From the IMG/VR virus record IMGVR_UViG_3300024503_000015, positions 1-64,000 of that record: a stretch of DNA of 64,000 bases. The stretch is one strand, 5' to 3'. This document shows, in pieces, positions 18,400 through 28,081 of this stretch. Both the position numbers and the translations under genes were made by a program. The stretch's first letter is position 1. Each line of letters opens with the position of its first letter. The notes under the pieces were generated by a model. It was not told where the DNA came from. It searched no databases and saw nothing but the letters and a program-made list of their open reading frames with translations.

Positions 18400-18855
18400 T
18401 TATAGCGTGGCGTCTTCCATACCAGCAACACGTAATTTAACAATGTTAGTAATCTGCCATTGTTTTTGATCCAGTGCTTTGGTAATGCCTAGCCATTTGT
18501 TTCTTAGCAGAGCAAATTCGTTGATAATCTTTTCCATATCAACAACATCTGCTTCGCCTTCAACATATTTTTCTACATCTCTACTGCTTAATGCACGAGC
18601 ATAATTTTCTAAATATTTTCGGAAATGACTGCTCTTAAGTCTTCGTAATTCAATATTCAAATACTCGAGAACAGCCTCTATTTCCTGTAGTTGGCTAAAA
18701 CGTTGTTCCACAATGCCTGGCATACTGGCCGCTGCCTTTTCTAAATTACCCGTTATACGGCATTCATTCCTTGCGGCCAATAATTCGGCTTCAAAGTATG
18801 TTACAGCATCTGGAATATTACTGATATCATCAGCAATTTTGTTATACCAACCCAT
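18400..18855 (-). CDS. uvsY: recombination mediator UvsY
   Basis: Helical 151 aa; YVEGEADV and WQITNIVKLRVAG; next to UvsX. Confidence 0.8.
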   Translation of the reverse strand: MGWYNKIADDISNIPDAVTYFEAELLAARNECRITGNLEKAAASMPGIVEQRFSQLQEIEAVLEYLNIELRRLKSSHFRKYLENYARALSSRDVEKYVEGEADVVDMEKIINEFALLRNKWLGITKALDQKQWQITNIVKLRVAGMEDATL

Positions 18856-19106
18856 TAGTCCTCGTCATAGTCGTGTGAATCATAATCAATCTCGTCCTCA
18901 GTTTCGCCATCCCAGTCATCGAGATAGTATTCGATAGCGGCATCAAGATCTTCGTCTCCGCCTATTGCGGCTTTGAAAACATGATCCTGAACACCGTTAT
19001 CGGCGAGGATATCAACGTACTTACTTGCGACAGTTTCAATTTGCTTTTTATCAAAAAACTCTTTTAGTCCTGTCCATATATCAATGATATGATCTTCATT
19101 CAACAT
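18855..19106 (-). CDS. hypothetical acidic protein
   Basis: Coupled between uvsX and uvsY. Confidence 0.75.
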   Translation of the reverse strand: MLNEDHIIDIWTGLKEFFDKKQIETVASKYVDILADNGVQDHVFKAAIGGDEDLDAAIEYYLDDWDGETEDEIDYDSHDYDED

Positions 19107-20163
19107 TTTCTAAAATCTCTCCAGTTTCAAGGTCGATGTTAGATTGTACAATAGGATTCTTAGCAAAGTCAACCATGACTTTATCCAGGCATCCGTCTTC
19201 ATTGCGTTCCCACTCTTTACGATAGAACTTCAATTCTTCCGACCCTGCGTATTTAAGTCGATTGCCATCTTTTTGCAAGAAACCCTTGGCTTCAAACAAG
19301 TCTACCAATCCACTGTAGGGATTCATACCTGTCTCGTAAGGGATTTTAACTTGAACACTTTCAAAAGGTTTAGCATAGCGTGTCTTCATAATCTTACAAG
19401 CCGCACGAATACCTTTAACTTCTGAAATTTTGTTGCCGTCTTCGTCTTCTTTAAGTTTGAGCTTTTTCATAGCAACAACAATACTTGATGCGTAGATAAA
19501 GCCCTGTCCACCTGAAATTTTATCATCGGGATCAAACATATCTTGACTAGCGTATGTATGGTTAGTTGCTACCAAACCAACGTTGTTGCTACCAAACATG
19601 TTTACACAGTTACGAACAAGTGCTGTAAGTGCTTTAGGCTTACGGCCCATATCACCTTTCAAATCGCCTGCTTCAAACTGATTAACGTCTGTAGGTGTTA
19701 ACAACATACCCAACGAGTCAATAACAAACAAGACCTTTGGACGGTCTTCCATTACCTTGTACTCTTTCATAAACTCATTGATAGTTTTAGCAACGTCATC
19801 AATCATAGCCATGTTAAGTTTTAGTAATTTGTCTTCGCTGGTGTCTACGCCAAGTGCGTGTAACCATTTCTCGTCCAAGGCGTTTTCGCTGTCAATTAAG
19901 ACAACATAGATACCTTGTTCCTGTGCGTGACGTACAATATTGCCAGAACAAATATATGATTTGCCTGCACCAGATTCGCCAGCGAATACAGTAACCTTGC
20001 CCAAAGGAATACCTCTATGGAAGTCACTGCTAATCAAATAGTTTAGCGCATAGTTACCAGTGCTAACCCAGTCAGTTGGGTCTTGGAAACCTACACTAAG
20101 TCCGTCGATGCTCTTAGTTAGAGTTTTACGGAATTTAGATAAATCAAATGCTTTAGTTGCCAT
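19096..20163 (-). CDS. uvsX: RecA-like recombinase UvsX
   Basis: GESGAGKS, DSENA, VIDSLG, NHTY, SGGQG. Confidence 0.93.
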   Translation of the reverse strand: MATKAFDLSKFRKTLTKSIDGLSVGFQDPTDWVSTGNYALNYLISSDFHRGIPLGKVTVFAGESGAGKSYICSGNIVRHAQEQGIYVVLIDSENALDEKWLHALGVDTSEDKLLKLNMAMIDDVAKTINEFMKEYKVMEDRPKVLFVIDSLGMLLTPTDVNQFEAGDLKGDMGRKPKALTALVRNCVNMFGSNNVGLVATNHTYASQDMFDPDDKISGGQGFIYASSIVVAMKKLKLKEDEDGNKISEVKGIRAACKIMKTRYAKPFESVQVKIPYETGMNPYSGLVDLFEAKGFLQKDGNRLKYAGSEELKFYRKEWERNEDGCLDKVMVDFAKNPIVQSNIDLETGEILENVE

Positions 20164-20164
20164 G

Positions 20165-20356
20165 TTATTGATCCAATTCCATTGAATTTGCTTCTTTGAT
20201 GACAGCGATTAGTTCTTCTTCAGTAGTACACATAATCTTGGCTGTCTTCCAATCTTCTTTTTTATCACGACCGCTGACTTCGATCATGAATCCATTGTCA
20301 TAACGATTTACAGTAAATGACTCAGATACTTTCGCTAATTTAGATAATTTTGCCAT
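20165..20356 (-). CDS. small hypothetical protein
   Basis: AGGAGA RBS; 63 aa between gp32 and uvsX. Confidence 0.75.
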   Translation of the reverse strand: MAKLSKLAKVSESFTVNRYDNGFMIEVSGRDKKEDWKTAKIMCTTEEELIAVIKEANSMELDQ

Positions 20357-20380
20357 TTTATTCTCCTTATAGTGGCGAGA

Positions 20381-20405
20381 AGTATAGAGGCGGAACCTCT
20401 ATACT
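20381..20405 (-). terminator. stem-loop downstream of gp32 (terminator or stabiliser)
   Basis: AGTATAGAGG-CGGAA-CCTCTATACT perfect 10-bp stem. Confidence 0.6.
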
Positions 20406-20417
20406 TTCTCTAATTGC

Positions 20418-21395
20418 TTATTGCTTTTGACGATTGCGAATCATCGCAAGAATGTCTTCTGCACGACCGCTACCACTTGCTGGAGCAGAGGCTGTTTCAG
20501 CCTTTGGTGCAGGAGCACTTACTTTAGGAGCAGGTGCTTCGTCTGGATCAATGTTATGGTCTGCCGCTGGAGCAGATGTACCTGCTGTTGGGTCGCCTGT
20601 TACAGAACCCATACCTGCTGGACGGAAGTATTGTCCCCATGCTTCTTTGTCAAACGGTTCACCGTCAACTGATGCTTGGAACATTTCTTTGATAACTTTG
20701 AGCTCAACATCACCTGGCTTCTTAGGCAAGAAGTCATTTAAGTTGAATAAACCGTGTGCCTTGACTGCGTCAAGTTCTGCATCGGTTAATGGGCGTTCAC
20801 GACGGCTCCACTTTGATGTAGAATAATCAGCATAGCCACCTTTGCTGGTCTTGACCAATTTAAAGTCAACGCCACGTGCGAAGTCTGTTGGCAATTCTTC
20901 CAACTCTGGGTCAACTAATGCTGACTTGATTAATTGGAAAATTTGTGGACCGATAATGAATCGGCGAATTGGATTTTCTGGATGTGAATCTTCTTTCAAT
21001 CCGTCTTCTACTACAAAGCCTTGGAAAATGTATGAACGCTTTTTCCAGTACTTACGACCCAAGTCTTCAAGACTCTTATCCTTAAACCAACCACGCACCT
21101 CACTAAGGATTGGGCAAGTTTCACCATACATTTCCATACATGGTACTTGAACTTGTACTGGTTTAGAATCTGTTTCGCCTTTAATACCAGCGAAAGGTAA
21201 CTTGATCATTAGGCGTTCTGCCCAAAAGAAAGTATTGTCTCCATTACCATCTGGTAGGAAACGTACTGTGGATTCTTTGTTTTGATCTAAGTTCCAGAAC
21301 GGATAGATTGCGTTGTCACCAACGGGGCGGTCACCGCCGCTTGATCTTGTTTCTTGTGCCTGTAGTTTTGCACGAATTTCTGCTAATGTGGCCAT
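20418..21395 (-). CDS. gp32: single-stranded DNA binding protein (T4 gp32-like)
   Basis: VRFLPD, CP..YWKKRSY, GYADYSTSKW; strong AAGGAGA RBS. Confidence 0.88.
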   Translation of the reverse strand: MATLAEIRAKLQAQETRSSGGDRPVGDNAIYPFWNLDQNKESTVRFLPDGNGDNTFFWAERLMIKLPFAGIKGETDSKPVQVQVPCMEMYGETCPILSEVRGWFKDKSLEDLGRKYWKKRSYIFQGFVVEDGLKEDSHPENPIRRFIIGPQIFQLIKSALVDPELEELPTDFARGVDFKLVKTSKGGYADYSTSKWSRRERPLTDAELDAVKAHGLFNLNDFLPKKPGDVELKVIKEMFQASVDGEPFDKEAWGQYFRPAGMGSVTGDPTAGTSAPAADHNIDPDEAPAPKVSAPAPKAETASAPASGSGRAEDILAMIRNRQKQ

Positions 21396-21431
21396 AATGT
21401 TCTCCTTTTAATATGCCTGTTTTGCCTTATA

Positions 21432-21494
21432 TTTGTTTTACACCAACTGTAAAACAAAAAGTGCATACATTGTATTGTACGCACTTTTATTTAT
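21432..21494 (-). promoter_or_regulatory. gp32 leader: ATAAATA box plus two tandem hairpins
   Basis: ATAAATA at 21488-21494; 13-bp stem 21457-21488 with a G-U pair on the - strand; perfect 11-bp stem 21432-21458. Confidence 0.65.
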
Positions 21495-21526
21495 TATCGC
21501 AAGAGAAATCCTGCGCTAAATGTGAT

Positions 21527-22126
21527 TTATTTTGCCAATCCTGCTAGACGTAAGATATCTTCTTTCTTAAACGGTCTATCAATTAAATTAGGATTCTTTG
21601 GTGCTGTTTTTTGTGATGCAGGTGTGGCAGTTGTTGGGCCGGTTGGTGTTGCAGGTTCTGCCGATTTAGTACTTGGAACACTATCAACGCGATTTCTGCG
21701 AGGTTGAGGTTTGTAAATGTCATCAGCCGCATCAGCCGCTTTGTCAGCAGTTTTGGCTCCAGACTTTTCTACTTCCTTTAAGACCTTTTCTTTAACTGCC
21801 TTGCCCATTGCTTCCTTAACAGGTTGAGGAATCGCTTCGATAATTTTTTCTCTTGCCGCTTTGGAAAGACTTTTTAGAGGACCTTTCATTGCGGCAATTT
21901 CAAAAACTAATATTGCCCAGTCTGTTATATCCATTGAGTTGGGATCTTTATAAATTTTTACAGCGTAATCGTATATGTCCCAAACTGTCCATACAGTAAA
22001 AACAGCACCTATAAGTGCGGCGATAGTCATGCCTCCCAGTCCAGGAATTACCGTAGCACCAATGGCTCCGATAATTGGAAGGAATTCATTTAACTGTCTG
22101 TTTTCTGTTATTTCTCTTAAACGCAT
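21527..22126 (-). CDS. putative internal head protein with hydrophobic segment
   Basis: N-terminal MRLREITE..LNE, TM-like segment, C-terminal DILRLAGL. Confidence 0.55.
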   Translation of the reverse strand: MRLREITENRQLNEFLPIIGAIGATVIPGLGGMTIAALIGAVFTVWTVWDIYDYAVKIYKDPNSMDITDWAILVFEIAAMKGPLKSLSKAAREKIIEAIPQPVKEAMGKAVKEKVLKEVEKSGAKTADKAADAADDIYKPQPRRNRVDSVPSTKSAEPATPTGPTTATPASQKTAPKNPNLIDRPFKKEDILRLAGLAK

Positions 22127-22129
22127 ATA

Positions 22130-24115
22130 TTAGAAATCGTTGCCAGCCATACCTTGGCTTACTGGTGCTGGAGGAGTTTTACCTGGATTTTGTTTTTTCC
22201 ATTGTGCTAAATTCTGTGCCTTCCAGTTTGATAGACTCTGCTGTTTAGCGGCATCAATTTGTTGTTGTGGAGTCTGTGCTTGTGCAGGAGCAGGTTGTCC
22301 ACCTTGTGCTGGCGCAAATCCTGCGGCACTTCCTTGAGCGGAAGGTTGTGCAGGTGCTTGTGCAGGAGCAGGTTGAGCCGCTGGTGCAGGTGCTTGTGCA
22401 GGTGCCGCTGGTTGACTATATTGTTGTTGTGCGGCTGCAAACGCTCCTGATTTCTTTGGAGCATATTCATCTGCTGGAGCCGCGGCTGGTGCTTGAGCTG
22501 GAGCAGGTGTTGCTGGTTTTGTTTGTCCTTGTGCAGGAGCCGCGGCTGGTGCCGCTCCGCCTGCTGGTGCTCCGCCTGCTGGTGCTGCCGCACCTTGTGC
22601 TGGTTGTTGTGACTTGGCCGCTTGCATAGCCTTTTGTGTGGCTGGACCCATCTTACCATCAACCGCTATACCAGCCGCTTGTTGAAACTTTTTAATTGCA
22701 GCCTCCAACTCCCCAACTGATGTAGCATCGGCGGCTTCTTGAATAGCGCCTTGCATACTTTCAAAGTCAGGTCCTTCTTGTGCGGGCATCATTTGTTCTT
22801 TAGAGCTTAGTCTTTCAACTACTTGACTAGCAAATTGTCCAGCGTGTTCGCCAAAACGTTTTTCAACAGCAATCTTTACACCCTCTTCGCCTTTAGGAAA
22901 AGTTCCTTGCTCTTGATCGTACATACTCATAATAAATTCTACAACTTCGCGAGCATTTGGTGCTTGTGTAGGAGCAGGCTGTGCCATAGGCGGCTCTTGA
23001 ACATCATATTCGAATGTTGTAATGTCATCTAAATGCTGTTCGTAATCTGCCAAATGATTATGTTCTTCTAAATCGTCATCGTCACATACGCATGGATTCT
23101 TCTCGCAAACATCGCAAACTTTGCCTTTGCCTTCACCAACTAAATCTTCATATCCTAATGCTTTTGGTTGATCTACTAGTCTGTAGATAAATGGGAATAC
23201 AGATTTAAGTTCTTCGTTGAATGTACGGATTGTCAGTGCATCTACCCAACTATTAACTGTTTCTTCTGGGATAGGTAATTCTCTTGCAGGCGCAAAACTT
23301 TCTGCAAACTCTGCATAATAACTTTGACGCTGTAGTTTTGAAATCTGTTCTTTAATATCGGAAATACGTGATAGTACTAATTCGGATACATCGCTTAGTG
23401 CTTCTTGTAAGCCGTTACGCTGAGTGTAATTTTTAAATTGACGTAATTTGCTTAGTTCTTCGCTTAATCCAGATATGTGTGTGCCAATTGCATCATATAC
23501 AGTACCGCCGTTGGCTACGTGAGTGGCCATTGCACGAGCACCATTTAAGTGGCGGTGTGGATAACGGAATCTTTCTCCAGCGGCGTTTTCGATGTAAATG
23601 CTATCAATGTGCATTGTACGTCCTGCTGGAATATTGTAATTAACTGGTTGACTGTGCTTGACGATAATCTTCGCTTCACCCATGTCTTGGAAACTAGTCT
23701 TGCTAGTACCCCATAGTTTTGATTCACTCATTTTTGTATCTCCGTTTTCCTGTGCCAGATATTCATAATCTCTTTTGTCTAGATTTGTTTTTGTAATATC
23801 TCTAGTATCAAAGTTCAGCATGTTCGACTTGGCAAACATACGCAATTCTTTCAAAAAATCGTACCAATGTTTTTTAGCATCTGTGTGCTCGCCTTCCACC
23901 ATGGATTCATTGTAAATCACAGTTAAACTATCGTCGTCTAACTTGATATTAACGTGCCCTAAACTAGCACCCTCGTGAGTAAAATCCAAGTCAAAAAAGC
24001 GAGCAGTTGCTGGGTCTGTAATAACAACACCTGCTTGATCCCCTAGTTTTACATTGGAGAATCTGCTACGAACTTTGTTGAAAAGGTCAGTGGAAATTGT
24101 GGTCAAATCTTTCAT
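22130..24115 (-). CDS. putative virion protein with peptidoglycan-binding domain and Ala/Pro/Gln tail
   Basis: AIKKFQQAAGIAVDGKMGPATQKAM resembles PG_binding_1; low-complexity C-terminus; late box 5 nt upstream. Confidence 0.65.
   Translation of the reverse strand: MKDLTTISTDLFNKVRSRFSNVKLGDQAGVVITDPATARFFDLDFTHEGASLGHVNIKLDDDSLTVIYNESMVEGEHTDAKKHWYDFLKELRMFAKSNMLNFDTRDITKTNLDKRDYEYLAQENGDTKMSESKLWGTSKTSFQDMGEAKIIVKHSQPVNYNIPAGRTMHIDSIYIENAAGERFRYPHRHLNGARAMATHVANGGTVYDAIGTHISGLSEELSKLRQFKNYTQRNGLQEALSDVSELVLSRISDIKEQISKLQRQSYYAEFAESFAPARELPIPEETVNSWVDALTIRTFNEELKSVFPFIYRLVDQPKALGYEDLVGEGKGKVCDVCEKNPCVCDDDDLEEHNHLADYEQHLDDITTFEYDVQEPPMAQPAPTQAPNAREVVEFIMSMYDQEQGTFPKGEEGVKIAVEKRFGEHAGQFASQVVERLSSKEQMMPAQEGPDFESMQGAIQEAADATSVGELEAAIKKFQQAAGIAVDGKMGPATQKAMQAAKSQQPAQGAAAPAGGAPAGGAAPAAAPAQGQTKPATPAPAQAPAAAPADEYAPKKSGAFAAAQQQYSQPAAPAQAPAPAAQPAPAQAPAQPSAQGSAAGFAPAQGGQPAPAQAQTPQQQIDAAKQQSLSNWKAQNLAQWKKQNPGKTPPAPVSQGMAGNDF
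22140..22620 (-). repeat. coding low-complexity Ala/Pro/Gln repeats
   Basis: Repeated PAQAPA/APAGG units. Confidence 0.8.
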
Positions 24116-24120
24116 AGTAG

Positions 24121-24127
24121 TATTTAT
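24121..24127 (-). promoter_or_regulatory. late promoter box
   Basis: ATAAATA 5 nt before ATG 24115. Confidence 0.65.
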
Positions 24128-25722
24128 TAGAATCCTGTTGAAACAAATATAGGCATTGGTGGCTCGTAATCGTTCTCGTCATCCTCAAATCTGCCCGTCA
24201 TAACTTCAAATACACGCTGATCCCAGTCTGCCATTACAGAACTCATACGTACTGCTAGAAGCATTGCCGATACTAAATCGTCAGTTTCGCCCGATTTTGC
24301 TTTAAAACTGATACCTGAAGCAATAAAAGCCTTTAGTTCTGATATCAGTGCTTTACTGTTTACTTTTAACTTGTTAGACTCGATTAAGTGTTTTAGTCTG
24401 CTACAAGCCGATATTTTACTGCGATGTGTAGTATTAAATCCCTTGCGGAACTTGCGAACATGCCCTTTGCGTATTGGTTCTGCTATAAACATTCCGGGTA
24501 TGTTTTCTTCGCCCACGTTCTTAACTACAATTAGTGCCGCCTCGCCTACTGTGTTATTTTCAATACTCCAGTAGATGTTACTGCCCTGTGTTTTTGGACA
24601 GCAGTCTGCAATATACTTGTTGATATCTTTAAGTATTTTTATCTGTCCTTCGATGGCAGTAGTATTGTGTTGCCACTCTGCTACCTGTATCATTGTGGGC
24701 AATTCTAAAACTTGTATGGCCGCATAGTTGCCTCCAGTGCCCAGTGCCGGATCTAAAGCAACGGCATATATCATATCGTCGGTGGGCTGTTTGTACCAAC
24801 GACATTGTCCCATTTTAAGGATTGGTTCTTTGCCTTCCATGCCAGCAAGACAGATACTGTTAATCAGTGTTTCGTCATAGACTAAGAATTCGCAACCGTA
24901 TTCTCGACGGAATCGTTCTTCACCGATGCGTCCTAGTTCTACAGTTTTCCAGGCTTCATCTCTATCTGGATGTTCCCACCATTCGCTTCTAAAACTGTGG
25001 AATCCATTAACACCTACATCAGTGCTGTTGCCGTGCTCGTCAAATTTCTTTTCTGCTTCTTTCCAAATAGTAGCAAATGTGTCTTCGTCACTGTTAGGTG
25101 TGCTAGTAATAATAGCACGACCACCAGTTGCTAGTGTTGGCGAAATAGATGTCCAAAACTCGTCTGCAATGTTTGGTTGTACAAATGCAAACTCATCACA
25201 GTATAGTAAGGATATTGACATACCGCGACCAGTGTTGCCAGTAGTAGTTGCTGATACAATACGTGATCCATTATCAAATTCTATACTCCCTTTGTTATAG
25301 TTTGTTACACCACAGCGTATGTGGTCTGGACAGTCTTCATAGGCATAGCGTATGCGTTGCATAATTTCCTGACTGCCTGTATATTTGTGTGCGGCAACAA
25401 GAATAGTCTGGTCTGGATGGAACATAGCATACCACAACAAATAGCCAGCCGCACAGGTAGTCTTACCACTTTGACGTGGTAACATATTGATATTAAATCT
25501 GTGGTTGTGATAACTATCTAGTAAGTTTACCTGATACTCATATGGTTCAAATAATAACTTACCTTTAACTGGGTGCTGTATGTAAAAGAAATTCTTAGCA
25601 AAGTATAGATAACCAGTTGATGGGTCAGCACACTGGGCTAAGTCGGCAATCTGTTGTTCCGTGAAACGTTCTTGCCTGTGGGCTTTCTTAATTAATACGC
25701 CGTCTAATGTTTTTCCTGCCAT
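24127..25722 (-). CDS. gp17: terminase large subunit (T4 gp17-like)
   Basis: PRQSGKTT, LLYCDEFAF, ITSTPN, ALDPA, DDLVSA. Confidence 0.95.
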   Translation of the reverse strand: MAGKTLDGVLIKKAHRQERFTEQQIADLAQCADPSTGYLYFAKNFFYIQHPVKGKLLFEPYEYQVNLLDSYHNHRFNINMLPRQSGKTTCAAGYLLWYAMFHPDQTILVAAHKYTGSQEIMQRIRYAYEDCPDHIRCGVTNYNKGSIEFDNGSRIVSATTTGNTGRGMSISLLYCDEFAFVQPNIADEFWTSISPTLATGGRAIITSTPNSDEDTFATIWKEAEKKFDEHGNSTDVGVNGFHSFRSEWWEHPDRDEAWKTVELGRIGEERFRREYGCEFLVYDETLINSICLAGMEGKEPILKMGQCRWYKQPTDDMIYAVALDPALGTGGNYAAIQVLELPTMIQVAEWQHNTTAIEGQIKILKDINKYIADCCPKTQGSNIYWSIENNTVGEAALIVVKNVGEENIPGMFIAEPIRKGHVRKFRKGFNTTHRSKISACSRLKHLIESNKLKVNSKALISELKAFIASGISFKAKSGETDDLVSAMLLAVRMSSVMADWDQRVFEVMTGRFEDDENDYEPPMPIFVSTGF

Positions 25723-25726
25723 ACTT

Positions 25727-25732
25727 TATTTA
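25727..25732 (-). promoter_or_regulatory. late promoter box
   Basis: TAAATA 4 nt before the terminase ATG. Confidence 0.6.
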
Positions 25733-25735
25733 ACG

Positions 25736-25763
25736 AAAAAAATGGGCTCCGAAGAGCCCATTT
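25736..25763 (-). terminator. intrinsic terminator with UUCG tetraloop
   Basis: AAATGGGCTC-TTCG-GAGCCCATTT-TTTT on the - strand. Confidence 0.85.
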
Positions 25764-25798
25764 GGCATTGTCTTAATCACAATGCAACCGCCGACGAA

Positions 25799-26539
25799 TT
25801 ACTTGCCTTCTTTGATTTCTCTGTAGCGTTGATCCAATGCTTGACGAATGCTTTCTGCTCTTACGGCCATTGCATTGTCGCCATCTTGCGCTTTAGCATA
25901 CTGTTGTTTTTCTTTATTTAAACCACCTGACAAATCTTTAATCAATGTATTGTGGTCACTGTATTGTTCGTCTGGTTCGTTAGCATAGGCTTCCTCTGCA
26001 TTTTCGTAACCGCTAGGATCTTTAACACGTAGGTCTGCTGGGTCTTTTGGTTCGTTCATGCCGCCGCCGGCGTCTGTAGTTACGCTGTCTACACCTGCGT
26101 ATGCTTCTTCAGGACTGTTAGAATATTCTTTTTCAATACCTGCCTTGCGAACTAAATCTTTAATTTGATCCATGCCACGGTCGCCATCTGCACCTGCTGG
26201 TTTCATTTCAGGCTCATCGCCCATTTCATCACCAGGTTCTTCCCCGCCAATTTTTGTAACTTTAATTGGCATATCTAAGCCTACTGCTGGCATTGGCATG
26301 CCCATTGGTGCTGGCATGTGATCGTGTCCTAGACCAGACTCTGCTGAGCGCATTAAATTTAACAATTCTTTAATATTGTCTACACCTTGTGCGTTTAAAT
26401 TTACACTCATTGTTACTGGAGGTGTGCTTGGAGAACCCATTGGGCCTGGCATGCCACACTCTTCGATATTCTCGTTTAACTGAGTTGTTGTTTCTGCTTT
26501 AGCACCAGTAACGATGCCTAATAATTTTTTCATGTCCAT
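25799..26539 (-). CDS. acidic low-complexity virion or scaffold-like protein
   Basis: QLNENIEE, IKDLVRKAGI, repeated EEAYA; in packaging cluster. Confidence 0.55.
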   Translation of the reverse strand: MDMKKLLGIVTGAKAETTTQLNENIEECGMPGPMGSPSTPPVTMSVNLNAQGVDNIKELLNLMRSAESGLGHDHMPAPMGMPMPAVGLDMPIKVTKIGGEEPGDEMGDEPEMKPAGADGDRGMDQIKDLVRKAGIEKEYSNSPEEAYAGVDSVTTDAGGGMNEPKDPADLRVKDPSGYENAEEAYANEPDEQYSDHNTLIKDLSGGLNKEKQQYAKAQDGDNAMAVRAESIRQALDQRYREIKEGK

Positions 26540-26541
26540 GA

Positions 26542-27108
26542 TTATTTTCCTTTTAGAGTTTTGGAGCCAATTGGACTTATACTAGCCCCAGACTCTGGCA
26601 TTTCAGATGCTTTTTCTTTATGTACTTGTGAATCCTGACGAGACTTTGCATCTGCAACTAAGCCTTTTAAGAAACTTGATACGTGCTTGTCACCAACTTT
26701 GTCCTGAGCACTTTCGCCACCAAGATCTTCTTTGGCGAGAAGTGCTTCGCCTTGTTCTTTATTAAAATTTACTTCTACTTGTTCTGCTTCTTGATTAGCA
26801 GTACGAACTCTTACACGGTTCTTTTCACAACCACATACTTGACAGATATAGTTTTCTAAAACCTGTGTAGTAGTAGGGTAGTTAACTTCAACACTGAATA
26901 CTGTAACATTTGTGTTTTCTAATTCTGGGAAATCTAAATGGCGCTCTGCAATAGGTAAGCGTTTGCCGTTATCCATTTTTACAATGGAAAAACGTTCCAT
27001 AGCACCTTTAAGTTTAGTCTTAGTTTCTTCGTCTAAATCGCCGGCGATTTTAATCTTAAACTCGTATGTTTTTTTGCTTTCTGTTAAGTATTCGTTAAAT
27101 GATTTCAT
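26542..27108 (-). CDS. putative head-associated protein
   Basis: Start MKSFNEYLTES resembles the T4 capsid-targeting sequence; ATAAATA at 27126-27132. Confidence 0.6.
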   Translation of the reverse strand: MKSFNEYLTESKKTYEFKIKIAGDLDEETKTKLKGAMERFSIVKMDNGKRLPIAERHLDFPELENTNVTVFSVEVNYPTTTQVLENYICQVCGCEKNRVRVRTANQEAEQVEVNFNKEQGEALLAKEDLGGESAQDKVGDKHVSSFLKGLVADAKSRQDSQVHKEKASEMPESGASISPIGSKTLKGK

Positions 27109-27128
27109 AGTTTTCCCCACTACTGTAT

Positions 27129-27635
27129 TTATTTCATATTCTTTAATTTTTCCAGCAGACTATTGCGGTCTGTAATCAAGTAGCCTTCGCCTTGAATGTC
27201 GTCCTCGTCTCCTGCTGGTTTAGCCTCTTGATCTAACTTCTGCTTTTTGAGCTGTAGTTCAATCATCTTGAGCTTTTTGTCTATCTTTGCTGATTTAGCA
27301 TCTATAGCATTTTTAAGTGCGGTCTGTGCTACTTCAAAAATTCTGGCACTATAGCGTGGTTCAACGTTCATGCCCAGGTCAACTAAATCGTCATAGGCAT
27401 CTGTGGCCTTTTGTGCTAGTGCATCTAATTCGCTGTCTGCAATATCGCCTAGTCCTTTAACCTGAGGTAATGCGGCAGCAATCTTGTCAATTTCTCCAAT
27501 ATCGCGGAATAGGTTTTCCGCTGGGGCATTATCACGAGCTAGTTGCTTTTCTGCTTTCCTGTGATTCTTTTCTTCGTTTTTAACGATTTCTTGATTTTCA
27601 GGTAAATTGAGTAATTCTTCAAGTTTTTTAGTCAT
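27129..27635 (-). CDS. terminase small subunit (gp16-like)
   Basis: Coiled coil with RYSARIFEVA and terminal DRNSLLEKLK; ATAAGTA 4 nt before MTKKLEE; near gp17. Confidence 0.6.
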   Translation of the reverse strand: MTKKLEELLNLPENQEIVKNEEKNHRKAEKQLARDNAPAENLFRDIGEIDKIAAALPQVKGLGDIADSELDALAQKATDAYDDLVDLGMNVEPRYSARIFEVAQTALKNAIDAKSAKIDKKLKMIELQLKKQKLDQEAKPAGDEDDIQGEGYLITDRNSLLEKLKNMK

Positions 27636-27642
27636 ACAATAC

Positions 27643-28080
27643 TTATCGCTTACCGTTATGGAAAATATCATTTTCCGATACAACTCTGAACATTATACCC
27701 TGCTGTTTACACCAAGCACGACAAGCCGCCCACTTGGCTTGATTTTTAATATATGCGGCCTGGTTAGTTTTACTACGTCCTACTTTTTCTAATACTGCTT
27801 GACTAGCAGGTTTAACTTCCCAGACTTCTGCGTGTTTACGTCCGTTTTTATCATTATAGACTACAAAAAAATCTGGTACATAGATAGTATGCTTGCCAGT
27901 TAAAGGATCTCTATAAGGAACTTTAACTACTTCACTGCCCCACTTTTCGATGGCTTGATTATTATCGAACATCTGCATTACTGCCCATTCCCAACTACTT
28001 CTGTAGGTAGGAGTTCTATTACCCATATACTTTTCTGGATTTTTTAAAGCGAACTTACCTTGTGCAAACTTGCTGGCCAT
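27643..28080 (-). CDS. gp4: head completion nuclease (T4 gp4/TnsA-like)
   Basis: YRSSWE, YVPDF, EVKP, KWAACRAWC. Confidence 0.85.
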   Translation of the reverse strand: MASKFAQGKFALKNPEKYMGNRTPTYRSSWEWAVMQMFDNNQAIEKWGSEVVKVPYRDPLTGKHTIYVPDFFVVYNDKNGRKHAEVWEVKPASQAVLEKVGRSKTNQAAYIKNQAKWAACRAWCKQQGIMFRVVSENDIFHNGKR

Positions 28081-28081
28081 A

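Noticed and set aside
22140-22620. Repetitive DNA resembling an array or CRISPR
   Set aside because: Repeats are degenerate, in frame and encode an Ala/Pro/Gln linker; there is no fixed repeat-spacer periodicity and no cas gene.
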